Part shown: positions 49,331 to 61,866 of the stretch, piece by piece
Layout: each line of letters starts with the position of its first letter
How positions within the stretch are numbered: position 1 is the stretch's first letter
DNA from: Zygnema circumcarinatum SAG 698-1b
Lineage: Eukaryota > Plantae > Zygnematophyceae
DNA length: 64,000 nucleotides
NCBI GenBank assembly: GCA_037447605.1
Contig: CM074804.1
Location: 5,805,909-5,869,908, forward strand
Direction of reading: 5' to 3'
Notes under the pieces: model-generated
Told to the model about the DNA's origin: nothing
Seen by the model: only the letters and a program-made list of their open reading frames with translations
Database searches by the model: none
Translations under genes and position numbers: made by a program

Positions 49331-52031
49331 TCAACGGGAGTCATACCAATCGAGGAAAAGGACTGCAAATATTAGCACTGCAAAACAAAGAATCACAAGA
49401 ACCCTGCTGTCACTGTTGTGGGATATCGCCTTTGCAAGCTCCTTATTCCCCTTATTCAAGTTAGATGTCGCTGCCACAGCCTGCATAAAAACAGTAAAGC
49501 CAGAAATCAGGCCTTCAGCCAATCAGCCATAGGATAGCGAATGAAGGACACTTAAACTTGGGAAATGTTCTACGCTTTTGCCCAACCAGGCGTAATCTTA
49601 AACTCACAGTAGACCTTTGCCACCTTCAACATCGCCCCAGCCCCCACAGACGTGCGGCCAGAAATCCTCTGTTCTGACCTGGTTATAGAGCTGCTCGATT
49701 TGCTGAGATTGATGCAACACATGAGTAGCGAGTGTGTGGCTCAGAGCGGACATCTCCAGAACCTTCTTTTCTGCCTCTTTGGATGAATCCAACAAACTGC
49801 TAAGCTCAGCCTGCCATCACGAGCATCCCACTCTGCCAAGTCAAAGAGTGCACAGAAAAGCAGTTCAGCAAGTGCTGCCGGCCAAAAAAATTCCACACCA
49901 GTCTTTAAATTTTATTTGAAAAGACATAATTTCACACATGAACACATAACGGTTTTCATAAGCCTGAAATATCTTTGACAAAGTAGTCTCACCTGCAAGG
50001 CTTGTGTCTCATTGTCAAGCACTGCTTGTTCGAGCCTGTTACCTCCATCTTGCTCCCTTACATATAGCCCATTCGACATTCCAGGGAGCCCAGACTGTCC
50101 ACCTCTACTGGAGTGCATGAGGTTCCCCACAGGAGCTTCACCTCCACGTAAAGAACGTATACCCCGTCTTCTCCGAGGTTGAGCCCGTTCCAAGACCTCC
50201 CTGAAGCGCGCCGCTCGCAATCGGTCGAATGCAGCAGTTACAGCGTGCAGCTTTTCACTGAGGATAAGGACCTGGACCCTCATTTTCAGTGCGTGTGCAA
50301 TTGGGATGCCTCCATTGCCCAAACTCGCATGGATTCTCATGGGAAAAAAAAATCAAAAGGATGGACAGGCGTTCCTCCTACTGAGGGGCGAATATCATTA
50401 CACTGAAATGATGAAAAATGAGACGTGTACGCTGAGTATTAATGACATTTCCTTTCCCCCACTCCTTACCACCCACAATCAGTCATTCTCATCGTCCCAT
50501 AATCCAGCAACATTATTGACGAATCTAAGCATCACAATTGCATGTTTACTCAACAAACAAGCAAGATGAAAGAAGCTCCAGTCACCGATAGACGTTCGAC
50601 ATGGCAATACGGAATGTATGGAGGCTGCGTAGGAGGACATGCGTATCATTACAAACAGCATGGCCTCCTCAAAAAGCCTTCCTCTGCTCTTCGCTCTGAT
50701 AGGACCGTCAGCATGTGGAAAATCAGTGCAAAACTGACGGTCTTGGAAAAGCGTTCCAGACAGTTGAGACCGAAGGATTGTGCATTCAATACTATGTACC
50801 AAAGCAGATTAATTGTGAGGCAGCTAATTAGCACTTGAAAACCATTCATGGCGGTATGCATCACCGCAGCCATCGAATAGAAAACTCACATCATCTTCTG
50901 AATCCGAACCTACCCATTCATAGAAAGGGAACTTACCACACCATGCTGATGAGCCACAATATGGTTATTTGTGCCTCGTCGCGACCATCCTTTTGCCTGA
51001 GCCTCTGAAGAGTTTGGGCTTGCAATGCTGTTTTTCAAGAGCTCAATTCTTTGTTTAGAGGTCCTAATGAACTCGAGCACTTCGTGCTCGATATCATCCC
51101 GCTCCCGCTCTGTTCTGCGGTGGGGGTCGGTGTAGTCTTGCCGGTGCCGTATTATGAAAGTTTGCATAGTCCTTATGTTGTCCAGCTGCAACATCAAAAA
51201 CAATAGAATATGCCCAGAGACGTTAACCTACAAAAGACAGGAATGGAGCCAACACGCCGTCGCAAAGCAAGGTCACCCCTTCAAACCAGACGCTGCGCTG
51301 TTAAACCAAACGACTCAACCAGAAAAACCAAGACAACAATAAAAGGAGTACTTGCTAGGTGGGATGAGAGCGTACAATTTCTAAAGCTGTCGAAATGAAG
51401 GGTGCACGGTTGCATTTTGGTGGCGAGAGTAAGCTTAAGCTGATCTTGGACATCCGAGCCTGTGAACAACATCAAAAAGCTTAGTGAAGCGCCCTTCTCG
51501 AACAACAAACGGAACTGACAATTTCAAGCCGCTTGTGACAGCGAATGCGACAGCTAATTTACCACCCTTGCTAGCTTTAACTGGAGGAAGACTACAACTC
51601 ACAATCGTATGACATTCAAGTACTCACACATAACATTGAAAAAGGAGGACCATCAGCGATTTCAATCACTCAGCCTCCCTGCCTATAGACACACCCATAC
51701 AAATGCTATCAATCGGCAGAGCAAGACTTCGCCGTCAACCGACCCTCCACACCCTGAAGACGAATGCCAAACATCGTTCCTTGCCAGATAAAAAACTCAT
51801 GCGAAGGAAATTCTAGGTCTGAAACAAATCGAGACCATCCGGAAAACCAAAGGCACATCCTCAAATCTGAATAACTGCAGAGTCTCAAATGTCAGAACAG
51901 CGAGGAGCCGCTGGAGAATGGCAGGCGGATCGGTGCAGTTCATGCATTCCATCAGAAGGACTGACCTGGTCAGTGCCGCTCCGTGTAGCAATTTCTCGCA
52001 CTGCTTCCTGGTAAACATGCGTAATATCCAT
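49331..52031 (-). CDS. SYP81: ER Qa-SNARE syntaxin-81/STX18-like (multi-exon)
   Basis: MDITHVYQEAVREIA, FIIRHRQDYTD..RTERERDDIEHEV, VAHQHGVV, SNARE helix EMSALSHTLATHVLHQSQQIEQLY, C-terminal TM VILCFAVLIFAVLFLDWY. Confidence 0.88.
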
Positions 52032-52318
52032 GGCTAGCTCCTGCATGCAGAGAGAGGAGGTGAAGGCGCTGCAGTGGCTTGTGCACGCTCGACAACTCGG
52101 AGGGCGTTACCGAGTACCGCTCCGTCGCTGGCACACCGCACACCTCCGGCACGGAACGCGAGGCGCAGCAGGCGCAGTTTTCTCAGACTGCTGCTCACTA
52201 TACAGAAACTTTCCGCGGATCAAGCCAGCCATTGCCGAGCAGCCATGCCACACCATCAGGGCGGGGACAAGGGCTTGGCCGTGCCAATCTTAGCAACAAG
52301 CGTACGGCAGGGAGTTTG

Positions 52319-52372
52319 CATGGGGCATGGCCGCATGGGCCGCATGGCCGCATGGGCCGCATGGCCGCATGG
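52319..52372. repeat. (GCATGG(G)CC)n short tandem repeat
   Basis: GCATGGCCGCATGGGCCGCATGGCCGCATGGGCC... read directly. Confidence 0.8.
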
Positions 52373-52412
52373 GGAGCCCTTCAGAAAGTACGTACGTACG
52401 GTACTCTTCGTT

Positions 52413-52455
52413 CGCGCTGTCCTGACCGAGTTACAGCGCGGGAAACAGGGACTAG
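52413..52455 (+). mobile_element. Candidate Helitron-like 3' terminus
   Basis: Hairpin CGCGCTGT-N12-ACAGCGCG, then 11 nt, then CTAG|T. No 5' end identified. Confidence 0.3.
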
Positions 52456-52559
52456 TTTCAGAGTATACTTATACTCAAATTGCCTATCGATCCTATATCC
52501 TAGATCAATGCGATTTTCACATTCCCCTATGGATCAATGCAAATTTGATGAGCTCGATA

Positions 52560-53015
52560 ACATGTTTGCCAATGGCTGGCTGACTGGCTGGCTGGCTGGC
52601 TGGGTCGGCCAGCCACTGGCAACCAACTCCTGCGAACGGTTGACCCGAGAGTCGGAACCACTGCCAGTGCTGGTTACACCGAGGGACTCCAAACGGTTTG
52701 TTGAGCCACTGCAAATGGTTGGCTATGTCCACCAACCAATGGTTTGAACCATTGATAATGGTTGGTAATAAGTGGATCCCAACGCTTCGCTGTCCCTAGA
52801 ACTGGCTGCCTGTGTCCACAAACAGATGGTGTTGAACCATTGCCAATCGTTGTGTAACCATTACCGTAGTTTTATGACTTTGCAATGGTTATGTCGGCCG
52901 ACCAACCTTTTCAATAAGCAAGGCTTGGAGCTTGGCCAGCCTACCAACCAAGGCTTGCAACTTTGTACCTTTCCAATAATCCAATTCAATTCAATTCAAT
53001 TCAATTCAATTCAAT
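52560..53015. repeat. Second AACCA/TGGTT-rich array followed by (CAATT)6
   Basis: AACCAATGGTTTGAACCATTGATAATGGTT and similar units. (CAATT)6CAAT at 52982-53015. Confidence 0.6.
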
Positions 53016-53024
53016 CCACTTCAT

Positions 53025-53990
53025 CGTTTGGCGGCCTTCCGCCCCTCCCCCCCCGAGACCTTCGCGGCTGCTTCTAGAGCCGCGCTGTGCTGTTGGGCCT
53101 GCAAGCAGAGCACCACTAACTCTAGCTTTCTAACTGTCAGGGGGGAGCAAACTTTCATTGAACTCGCGATGGCGAGGCCATCAAATGTACATGGATAAAG
53201 GCAAAATGTGGAACCACGAAGGACTGGTCACAAAGGACCGAAACACAATAAAACAAAGCTAGGAGCAGAAAACTACGCCTAGGCACAACAACGCAGCCCT
53301 AGAAGCAGCCGCGAAGGTCACCGATGTGAGGCACGTCGCGAGGAGGGAGCGGCGGAANNNNNNNNNNAACGAGTAAGCAAAGAAAAAGCCACCTGAGGAT
53401 CTGAAAGATGTGGAAGCTCATCGACCTGAGACGTATCCTCAACCAAAGCATCATCAACAAAACGATCAACATAAGATGCAACGCCAAAAGGGCAGCCTAA
53501 AACACGAATACCAATTCCATCAGCACAAGTCTGGATACCACAAGGGAGCGAAAGGGTAGAAGGGATACCAACCGGAGACCAAGCAAAACACTTCGACAAA
53601 TTTACCGTCAAACGCATAGCGGCCAATCGAGTAGTAAAATCAGTAAATGCGGCAACGACCTGGTCAGCAGGGCCAATGATATGAGTATCGTCGGCCACTG
53701 ATGGAAAAAGGCAGCCTGGAAAAGCCTGTGCCGAAGCTCGAAGCGCACGAATGTGCGCCAAAGCGAACAAAGGACCTCCTAAAGGGTCGCCTTGGCGGGT
53801 CCCGGTCGCAGACTCCAAGGTCGCCACTCCACCAGATGCATCGCCAAGAGGAAAAAGGAGCGGGCTCGAACGAGAACGAGAATTTCTAACTGTCGTTCCT
53901 AGGTCATTCGCGACCCGTTCACACTGGTTCCACATTTCGTCTGTCCGCGTACATTTGATGGCGTCGCCATCGTGAGAGCAACAATGGCAG
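53025..53990 (+). mobile_element. 5'-truncated CRE-like copy G (ORF C-terminus + 3' UTR), split by insertion of copy H
   Basis: 53025-53138 encodes GGLPPLPPRDLRGCF*. The sequence resumes at 53895 with GTTCCTAGGTCATTCG...GTACATTTGATGGCGTCGCCATCGTGAG..CAATG. Confidence 0.75.
53139..53882 (-). mobile_element. 5'-truncated CRE-like non-LTR retrotransposon (copy H): RT fragment, N10 gap, ORF end and 3' UTR, 12-bp TSD
   Basis: RT motifs LESATGTRQGDPLGGPLF, FPSVADDTHI, LTVNLSKC, RVLGCPFG. After the gap (53358-53367) the ORF ends PPLPPRDVPHIGDLRGCF*. TTTCTAACTGTC lies at 53127-53138 and 53883-53894. The clade assignment is inferred from motif style. Confidence 0.85.
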
Positions 53991-54682
53991 TTCATTCTTT
54001 TTCTTTTTCGGTTTCAGCGATCCCCATGTCGCGAAATGCCGACAGGCGCGACCTGCCGCCGCCCCATGCCCTGCCGCCGCAATATCGACATAGGACGTTG
54101 TCACAACCTCGTGGACTGCAGCTTTTCAGCCGCGTGCAGGCGCCTCTTCGAATCTGTTTTCCAAATGTTGAACCAAGTTCGGACCGACGTCCACCTTGAA
54201 CATGTCTCCAAAAACAATTTTCTTAAAATGCCAAAAAAAAGCCAATGCCACTTGGGTGTGTGATACTCCACTTTAAATGGTTTTCATTTTGGAGCTTTCG
54301 CAGGAATTATTTCCATTCTGGTCCAAAAGACCTCGGTGGTGCGGCAACCGGACCACTTGCGGTTTTTACCGCAGCGTACATGTGCCTAGAAATTTGCAAC
54401 ATTTCTGATGACGTGGCGTCCTCTCACTGGTTAGGTGGCGCCTCTGAAGAGTAGCTGAGAGGGCCGATCTGGGACTTAGCCATTTTCGCTCCTCCTTCCC
54501 CCTCTTGGATTGTTGGCAGCTTTGTTTTGTCTACTTCCCCTATCCGACTCTCCTTGCCTCAGTATTGGACGAGCTTGCACGTCAGATAGAGCTGCTTGTG
54601 AAGAGATGTCCTTCAGTAACAGAATTTGCTAAAGGAAGGAAGAATTGAAGTATTCGAAGCCTTCCAGGGACTCCAGGAGTTC

Positions 54683-57600
54683 ATGGATTCAGACGAGGAG
54701 GAGGCTCCGCTTGTTTTCAAGCGCGGTAATGCGAGCAATCCGTCACCAAAAAAGCCGCCTGCACAAAAGCCGCCTCCCGCTGTCGTGAAGCCCCGCCCCT
54801 TGAGTCAGCCTGCACCTGCTCCATCCACTGATGCACCAAAACCTACACCTCCACTCGCACCAGCCCCTCAAAATCTTTCAGAATCTGCAAAGCCCTCAGC
54901 CCCTGGAATTTCAGACACCCATGCAGCCAAAGCCCCTAACCCTATTCCAGCTCAAGATGACTCTGACTCGGACGACGATATTCCCATAGGTTCGAGGATA
55001 CAAACGGCAGTGCCGGAGAAACCTCTGGTAGCAGGTCAGAAAAATGGCGTCAATAAAAGACCTGCCGACTTTCAACGAACGCAACCGGGTGGAATTGCAA
55101 AGAAGCCAAAACCGGCGGATGACAGCGAGTCAGAGGAGGACATACCTCTGGCGCAGCGTGTTTCTGCAGTTCCTAAGACAGAAACCACAACAACGAAGAC
55201 GAGAGCAACTGTTGTAGCCAGGAATGACAAGGACAAGAAAAAGGCGGTTTTAACCAAGACGACAGAAAAAAAGGTGGTCAAGAAAGTAGTGAAGAAGGAT
55301 GGAAAGATGGACAGTAGAGGACCGGGGGGCGGAGGTGGAGAACCAAAGTGGACTACGCTTGAACATAATGGTGTCATCTTCCCTCCTGACTATAAGCCTC
55401 ATGGGGTGAAAATGCTTTACAAGGGAAAACCGGTTGACCTCACACCAGAGCAGGAAGAGGTGGGACTCTTGCTCTTTCATGCGTGCGATCTTGCCTCTCC
55501 GAGCCGTAAGAGACAGAAGTTCGGTTTTTCTGACTCAACAACTTTGATAGACAGATCGCAAATGCGCATAATTGCAGGAAATTTGAAGATGACTTCGGCT
55601 TTCCCGGTTCCTGGGGCTACCTTAAGTGATTTTAGTGGCGGGTCGGCATGTGCGTGATTGATTCATTTTTCCTTTTTGCTGAATTTCTTAAATTACTTTT
55701 TCGAGCTTGTCGGATCACCATGCACTTCTCATCTATAAGTGAGCTAAGCGATTCTCCTTGGACAGACTGACTGGATTTTTTTGGCGAAGGCTGTTCATGC
55801 ATGCCCACGCCATTGTATACGCTCCAAATGGACAATGCTATCGGTTACCTGCTGCTTTTCTCAAACATTTTCAATGCACTTATACGATCCATGCTTTAGA
55901 GCTTTAGGAGGAGAGCATCTAAAAGCGGAAATTCTTATTATTTGCAGGTCGCCACCATGTTTGCGGTGATGAGAGAAACCGAGTATGCTACCAAGAGTGT
56001 ATTCATCAAGAATTTTTGGAACGACTGGAAGCAGATCCTTGGCCCGAAGCACACCATACAGAGGATGGACGATTGCGACTTTACTCCCATTTGGGAATGG
56101 CATCTTACTGAGAAGGAAAAGAAAAAGCAAATGACACCAGAAGTATGCTTCTCATTCAGTATAAAAGGGAACCTTGTCGGACATCTCTTTTCTGGTTGTG
56201 GAGCTTGTTCCAATTCCGATCGTCAGAGGAAGTGACTGATACTTCTCCTCCCTGACGGATTGGTGAAAGATAGCCCAAGCAAGATTCCTGGCAATCAGCT
56301 TCATGTTCTAAGTCTGGTTCGTGCTCATTGTTCCATGTCTTCTGGCAGGAAAAGAAACGTTTGAAAGAGGAGAAGCTCCAGCAGGAAGACAAGTATATGT
56401 GGGCTATTGTAGACGAAGTCAAGGAAAAGGTAAGCACTAATTGCATTTTTGGTGCAACTTGGACAGCTGTTATTCACACGGCTATTCTTATCCACCGTTG
56501 GTTAAGAATTCGGTGCCTTTGTGCCATTGGTTTTGGAGAAGTTATTTTCATGTTTTTGGTCCTTTCCTGATGTTCATCTTAGTAACTTGTAGACAGTAAC
56601 TGTAGACTTAATATCCGGCCATAGTCGATTTAAGGCTGGTTCATTGGGAACCTGTAGAGGCCTCTTGCGTGTTTCACAAGGTGACCTTAAGATAATTGAG
56701 TTTGTTCCATTGGGGCTTTGATTGTGGGCTAGTGCTGACCCTTGAAAGTATGTCACTGACATGATGGGTAGTGCAATCTGGAACGCGTGGGGTTAATTAT
56801 ATTTCTGAGTTTTGTTTCAGGTTGGCAATTTTCGAGTGGAGCCCCCTGGACTCTTCCGCGGTCGTGGAGAGCATCCTAAGGTATACATGTTTACTGCCTG
56901 GAGTCCTGTTGGCCCATCCCCCCAGACAATTGGTTTTGTTTTGGACTTGAACTGCCCATTTTTTAGGCAAATCTACGCTAAGCGTTTGAACTCATCGTTT
57001 AGCAGCTATGCTTTCCTTCCCGATGTCATTGCCATGGGTCAACCAGTGTCTACGTGATATGAGTTTGTTGTACAGCTTGTTCCTACTTTTTATCTCAAGC
57101 TCTTTTGTTATGTTTCTCTCTGGTTTCAGATGGGAAAGCTGAAGAAGCGTATCTATCCGGAAAACATTACCATAAACATTGGAAAGAATGCAACGGTTCC
57201 GGAGTGCCCTCTCCCAGGCCACAGGTCCGTTTCATCACCCTGTTTGAGGACACGCTGTGGCGTAATTTTGGCAGGGTCTCCATACAGGCAGGCTAAGGTT
57301 CCAGATTGAAGAATTCACATCTCAGTAACTCCTATTACAGTTTACAGAAGTGACTGTTTACAGTCAAACACCACCTGTCGACCTTCTTTAAAAGGCTTTA
57401 TCGCTGTTGTTCAAAGTGGTGCAGGTGGAAGGAGATCCGGCATGATAACACAGTCACCTGGCTTGCATTTTGGAATGATCCTATCAACCAGAAGGAATGC
57501 AAGTATGTATTCCTCGCTGCTAGCAGCAGCCTTAAGGGGCAAAGTGACAGAGAGAAGTATGAAAAAGCTCGCAAACTGAAGGTGAACACTTACGATTTTC

Positions 57601-60600
57601 TGTTCCTTTTAGAATATGTCGACGAGATTGTTGTTGCATGTGCTGAAAGTTATTTTGAGCTGGTGTTTTCGTTTTGTTTGTTGCTTTTACTATTGCAGAA
57701 TTGTCTTAAGGAACCTCAGTTTCAATATGATCAACTGAGCAGCAATGAGTGTCTCTGGTTTTACCTATTCGGTCGGTGCTTCTTATCTCGCTTGCTTGCA
57801 CTTTTGAGTGAGTCTGACGCATTATCGGACTTTACACTACGTTTCGCAGGACTATATTGAAAGCATTCGAGATACTTATACCAGAAATTTTGACTCGAAG
57901 GATCCAACTAAGCGTCAAATAGCTGTTGCTACATATTTGATCGATCGTCTTGCTCTGAGAGCAGGCAATGAAAAGGTGCTCTTTCTTTGAGCAATTATCA
58001 GACTGTTTTTATGTAATTTCGAAGTTTTTCCTTTCACACATCCTCAGTCATCATATTGTCTGCTATGGGCAACATGCAGGTCATGGCCATTGGCTTTAGT
58101 AGTTGGCTAGGCAGCTAGACATTTGCACCTTTCTAGGCAGCTTTCTGTTCCCTGGCTGCAACCTTACTGGCTAGTATTGCACTGTCAACCGAGTAAGTAG
58201 TGCAGCAGTGAGGACCTCCAATGAGGTTGGCATGGAGGGGAATCCGTGTATGTGACTTGGACCATGAATTGTTAGTGTCATCCATCGCTTCCTTTGCGAG
58301 GGCAACGCGAGTTGCGGCTCTAATTTGTGTTTATGCTGGGACTCAGGATGATGACGAGGCAGATACGGTCGGTTGCTGTTCGCTAAAGGTGGAGCATATC
58401 CAGCTTGTTCCGCCGGCCTCGTTGCAGGTGATGTCAAGCCCTCCATGGGTAGAGCGCACAATCACTTGTGTCATTGTATTACTGAGGATAAGTTGTAACC
58501 AATACTCGATTTCCTGCTGGCCGCAGTTCGATTTCCTTGGCAAGGACTCTATCCGATACTTCAACACAGTGGAAGTGGAACCTAAAGTATACAAGGCTGT
58601 GGGTGATTTTCAAAAAGGTTGGCTTCCCTACCCTTTGCACCGGTTGCGAAAAATCTTTGCTTTTATTCATTTGAGATGAACGAGGAACCAGTGGTACCTA
58701 AATTAGCTCGTCGATATGATATCAGATGTGTTATTTGAAATAATGAGGAACTAATGAAATTATGGGCACAAACTCAGGAACAGTATATACTCCCTGCATA
58801 AGAAGTGGAAAGTTCGATGTTAAAACTTAGAACAGTTATCGCATCAAAGAATAATGCCATCAGTGATTGGCAGACAGAAAGGGCTCTTGCTGTCAAGTAT
58901 GGCACCTGATGTGAGGGGGATACATCAGCAATCATACATCCTCTCAACCGAGTACAGAATTGCGGTCTCTTTGGAACTCCTACGCTATCTCAAACTGTTT
59001 GCCACACGAAACAGGAAGTTGAATTCAGTCATTCTCCTAGTTCCTCACTGCAAGGAACTGTAAAGTTCGATAAATTTTTGTGGGAACCATAGTTATGTAC
59101 CTCTTAGTGACTGGAATAGGTGGTGGCCTGTCCATCAAAACTTCGCAGGGAGTGTAGACATCTTGTCATCTTGGGTATTTCTTCCACTTCAGATTATACG
59201 CTCAATCTATGAGGTCGCCCACAGACTGGACCTTTTCATTTTTGCTGCAGGCAAGAAGACGGATGAAGATCTTTTTGATAAGTTGGATACCTCAAAGCTG
59301 AATGCGCATTTGAAGGAGATCATGCCTTCCCTTACAGCGAAAGTGTTTCGTACTTACAATGCGTCCATTACTTTAGACCAGCTGGTGAGTTGGTCATTTG
59401 TCACTCGACCATCTTTTCGGGTTAAGCACGTTGTTTGTGTGCATCAAAAGAAAAAGAACTTGACCCTCTCTAGAGTTGTACCTTTCAATTTCATATGTCG
59501 GTTACTGTCCTTTTTTTTATGGGCCAATTCAATGAATTCTCATATCCAATATTCAGTAGGCCAAACATGTACGCTTCATGCATATGCAGCTGGAGCAATC
59601 TTCAGGATACTTGCAATACCATGAATTATGTTCAAGAAACATTAGATTTTTATGGGAACCCCAGTGAAGCAACAATTTGTTGCTATGTCCTGCATGCAGT
59701 TGCAAGATACGGTTGGCCAGATAGTACAAGAGAGGGTGGCAGACTACCAACGGGCAAACAAGGAGGTAAGGATTTGTGACATGTTTGTCTAAACAGCACA
59801 CCTCCAAGAGTTTTCTGAAATGGTCATGCGGCCGCTACTTCGTGTATAGGTTCTTGAACAGAAATGTTTCAAAGTCTTACTCAGAGGGTTGTCGACAGTC
59901 CAAGGTCGTGAAGCTTTTGGTCAACTTTCAAAACATTGAAGATTTGAAGATTTCTTGGACACTCATTGCGTCCTCCCTTTGTCCTCTATTATCCTTCCAA
60001 ACATTTCAGCTATTCTTGACTTTTTATGGCAAGTGTTCACCAGTCATTCCCTCGTTTGTAGAGTACTGGATACATTGAAATTCGTCTCTGATTAAGGGCC
60101 ACCTTGAAATGAGGTTATGTTTCCCAGTTCCAGCGAATTTGCTCTGAGAGCGAGGTGCCGGGTGAGAATGGTTTTTTTTTCTAATTGTTTGCAGGTGGCG
60201 ATTCTGTGCAACCATCAACGGACTGTTTCAAAAGCGCATGCTGGGCAAATGGAGAAGTTGGAAGCAAAAATGGCAGATCTTCAGGTCAGAGAGTTTCCCG
60301 AGTCTCAAGGGGATGTATTCAAGGAAGTTTGTTTGGATCTCAGGAGGAGGTGTTGTCTATAGTGCAAAATCATGATTGGCTGGGCGAGTGCCAAATGGTA
60401 GAGAATAGCGGCCTATTACTGTCCTTCTTTTGCTTGGTTCCTTGGTATGATATCGAAGTTCAAGCGATATTGGGATACCAGTGCATAACTGTTCTAGGAG
60501 GCCAAGATTGAAAGGAGCATGGAAGCTAACTCGTTATTGATTACAAACTTGGAATTCGTCATTGGATTTTGTGAAACGGAGGAACGTATTTAAAGGAGGA

Positions 60601-61866
60601 AACGACGTGTTTCTATGTTATTTATTTCAAATAAGTTAGGGGCTATTTCTGCAAATGGAGTGGCTTCATTTACCTGGCAGTCTTTTTGGCTTATGTGTCT
60701 TGCCTTTGGGTATGGGTGGCAAGCAGACTCTGCTGTCTGAGCTGGAGGTGGACTTAGACAGAGCACGGAAAGGCAAACCACCATTGAAACGTGATTCAGA
60801 TGGGAACTCGAAAAAAGCCCAAAGTGTTGAGGCGTACGTTTCCGTCACCACTCTCCTGACCTCTTCCGCTTGTTTAAGTCTGCTTGGCACAAGTTGTTTG
60901 TTGGAGAGGTTGATTGGTGCATAGGAGAGTCATTTGCAGTTTGGATTTGGAGATTGTTATTGCATTTTGTCTGTGAATTCACCCAATTTAGTCAAATATT
61001 GTGGCTAATTTTCCTGTCGATGCCCCTTCTCTTGAAACTTTTGCCCGACCTTTCCTGTTGCGAAATCTGTGTCGGTTACCTCTCTCAAAACCTCTTCTGA
61101 TACTGTGAGAAAGAGTTTCTCAACTCGTGTATCAGTCAGTCCAGGCACTCGCCCTTTGACGTGTTGGTCAAGATTTGCGTGCTTTTGTGGTTGCAGATTG
61201 GAAAAAAAGGTTTCTCAAACTAAAGGGAAAGTTGAGAAAATGAAGCTGGATATGGCTGTGAAAGAGGACCTTAAAACGGTCGCTCTTGGCACTTCTAAAA
61301 TTAACTACATGGACCCACGAATCTCTATTGCCTGGTGCAAGCGGCACGAGGTGCCGATTGAAAAGGTCTGCAATTTCCTGTTTTTCTCATCCCCTCTTGT
61401 TTTCTTGCCTTTCGCGGATCTTTTGAACTTCCATTCTCTTTGCTTTCTTTAACCGACATTCAGATTTTTGCAGTGAGTGCTTGAATCTGTTCCTTGAGCT
61501 TCCTGCATGTACATTGGTCACGTCCGCCTCCATACGTTCACAGCCAAATGACAGGTTTCGGTTTTTTAGTCATCAGAACGGAGCTGTGAATCGTTATCTT
61601 CTACCATGTATGTGTAGTTCAGGAACTTAGGGCAGAGAGCTTTCACATGTTGTAAACAGGTGGCTGTCGGGAGTATGTATCGGAATGAATGCAATTTTTT
61701 GCTCAATTCGACCCTTCCCTTGGATTACGTGACATTTGTCACATCTTCACAGGTTGGAGACTCGCTGACAAAGGCCAGCCGTTTTGCTTCTTTGCAGATC
61801 TTTAACAAATCTTTATTAGCGAAGTTCGCCTGGGCGATGGACGTTGAGCCGGATTTTCGATTTTAA
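54683..61866 (+). CDS. TOP1: DNA topoisomerase I (type IB) (multi-exon)
   Basis: [105 protein letters not shown] (catalytic Tyr), KFAWAM..F*. Confidence 0.96.

Noticed and set aside
53155-53990. Two outward-facing motif copies as TIRs of a DNA transposon carrying an RT fragment
   Set aside because: The 12-bp TSD at 53127/53883 and the continuity of copy G across it show nesting of two retro-copies. No TSD flanks the putative TIR pair.
53883-53995. N-terminal part of track ORF 53318..53995 (MNCHCCSHDGDAIKC...) as the RT start
   Set aside because: It is antisense read-through of copy G's 3' UTR beyond the TSD. The RT is 5'-truncated at about 53880.
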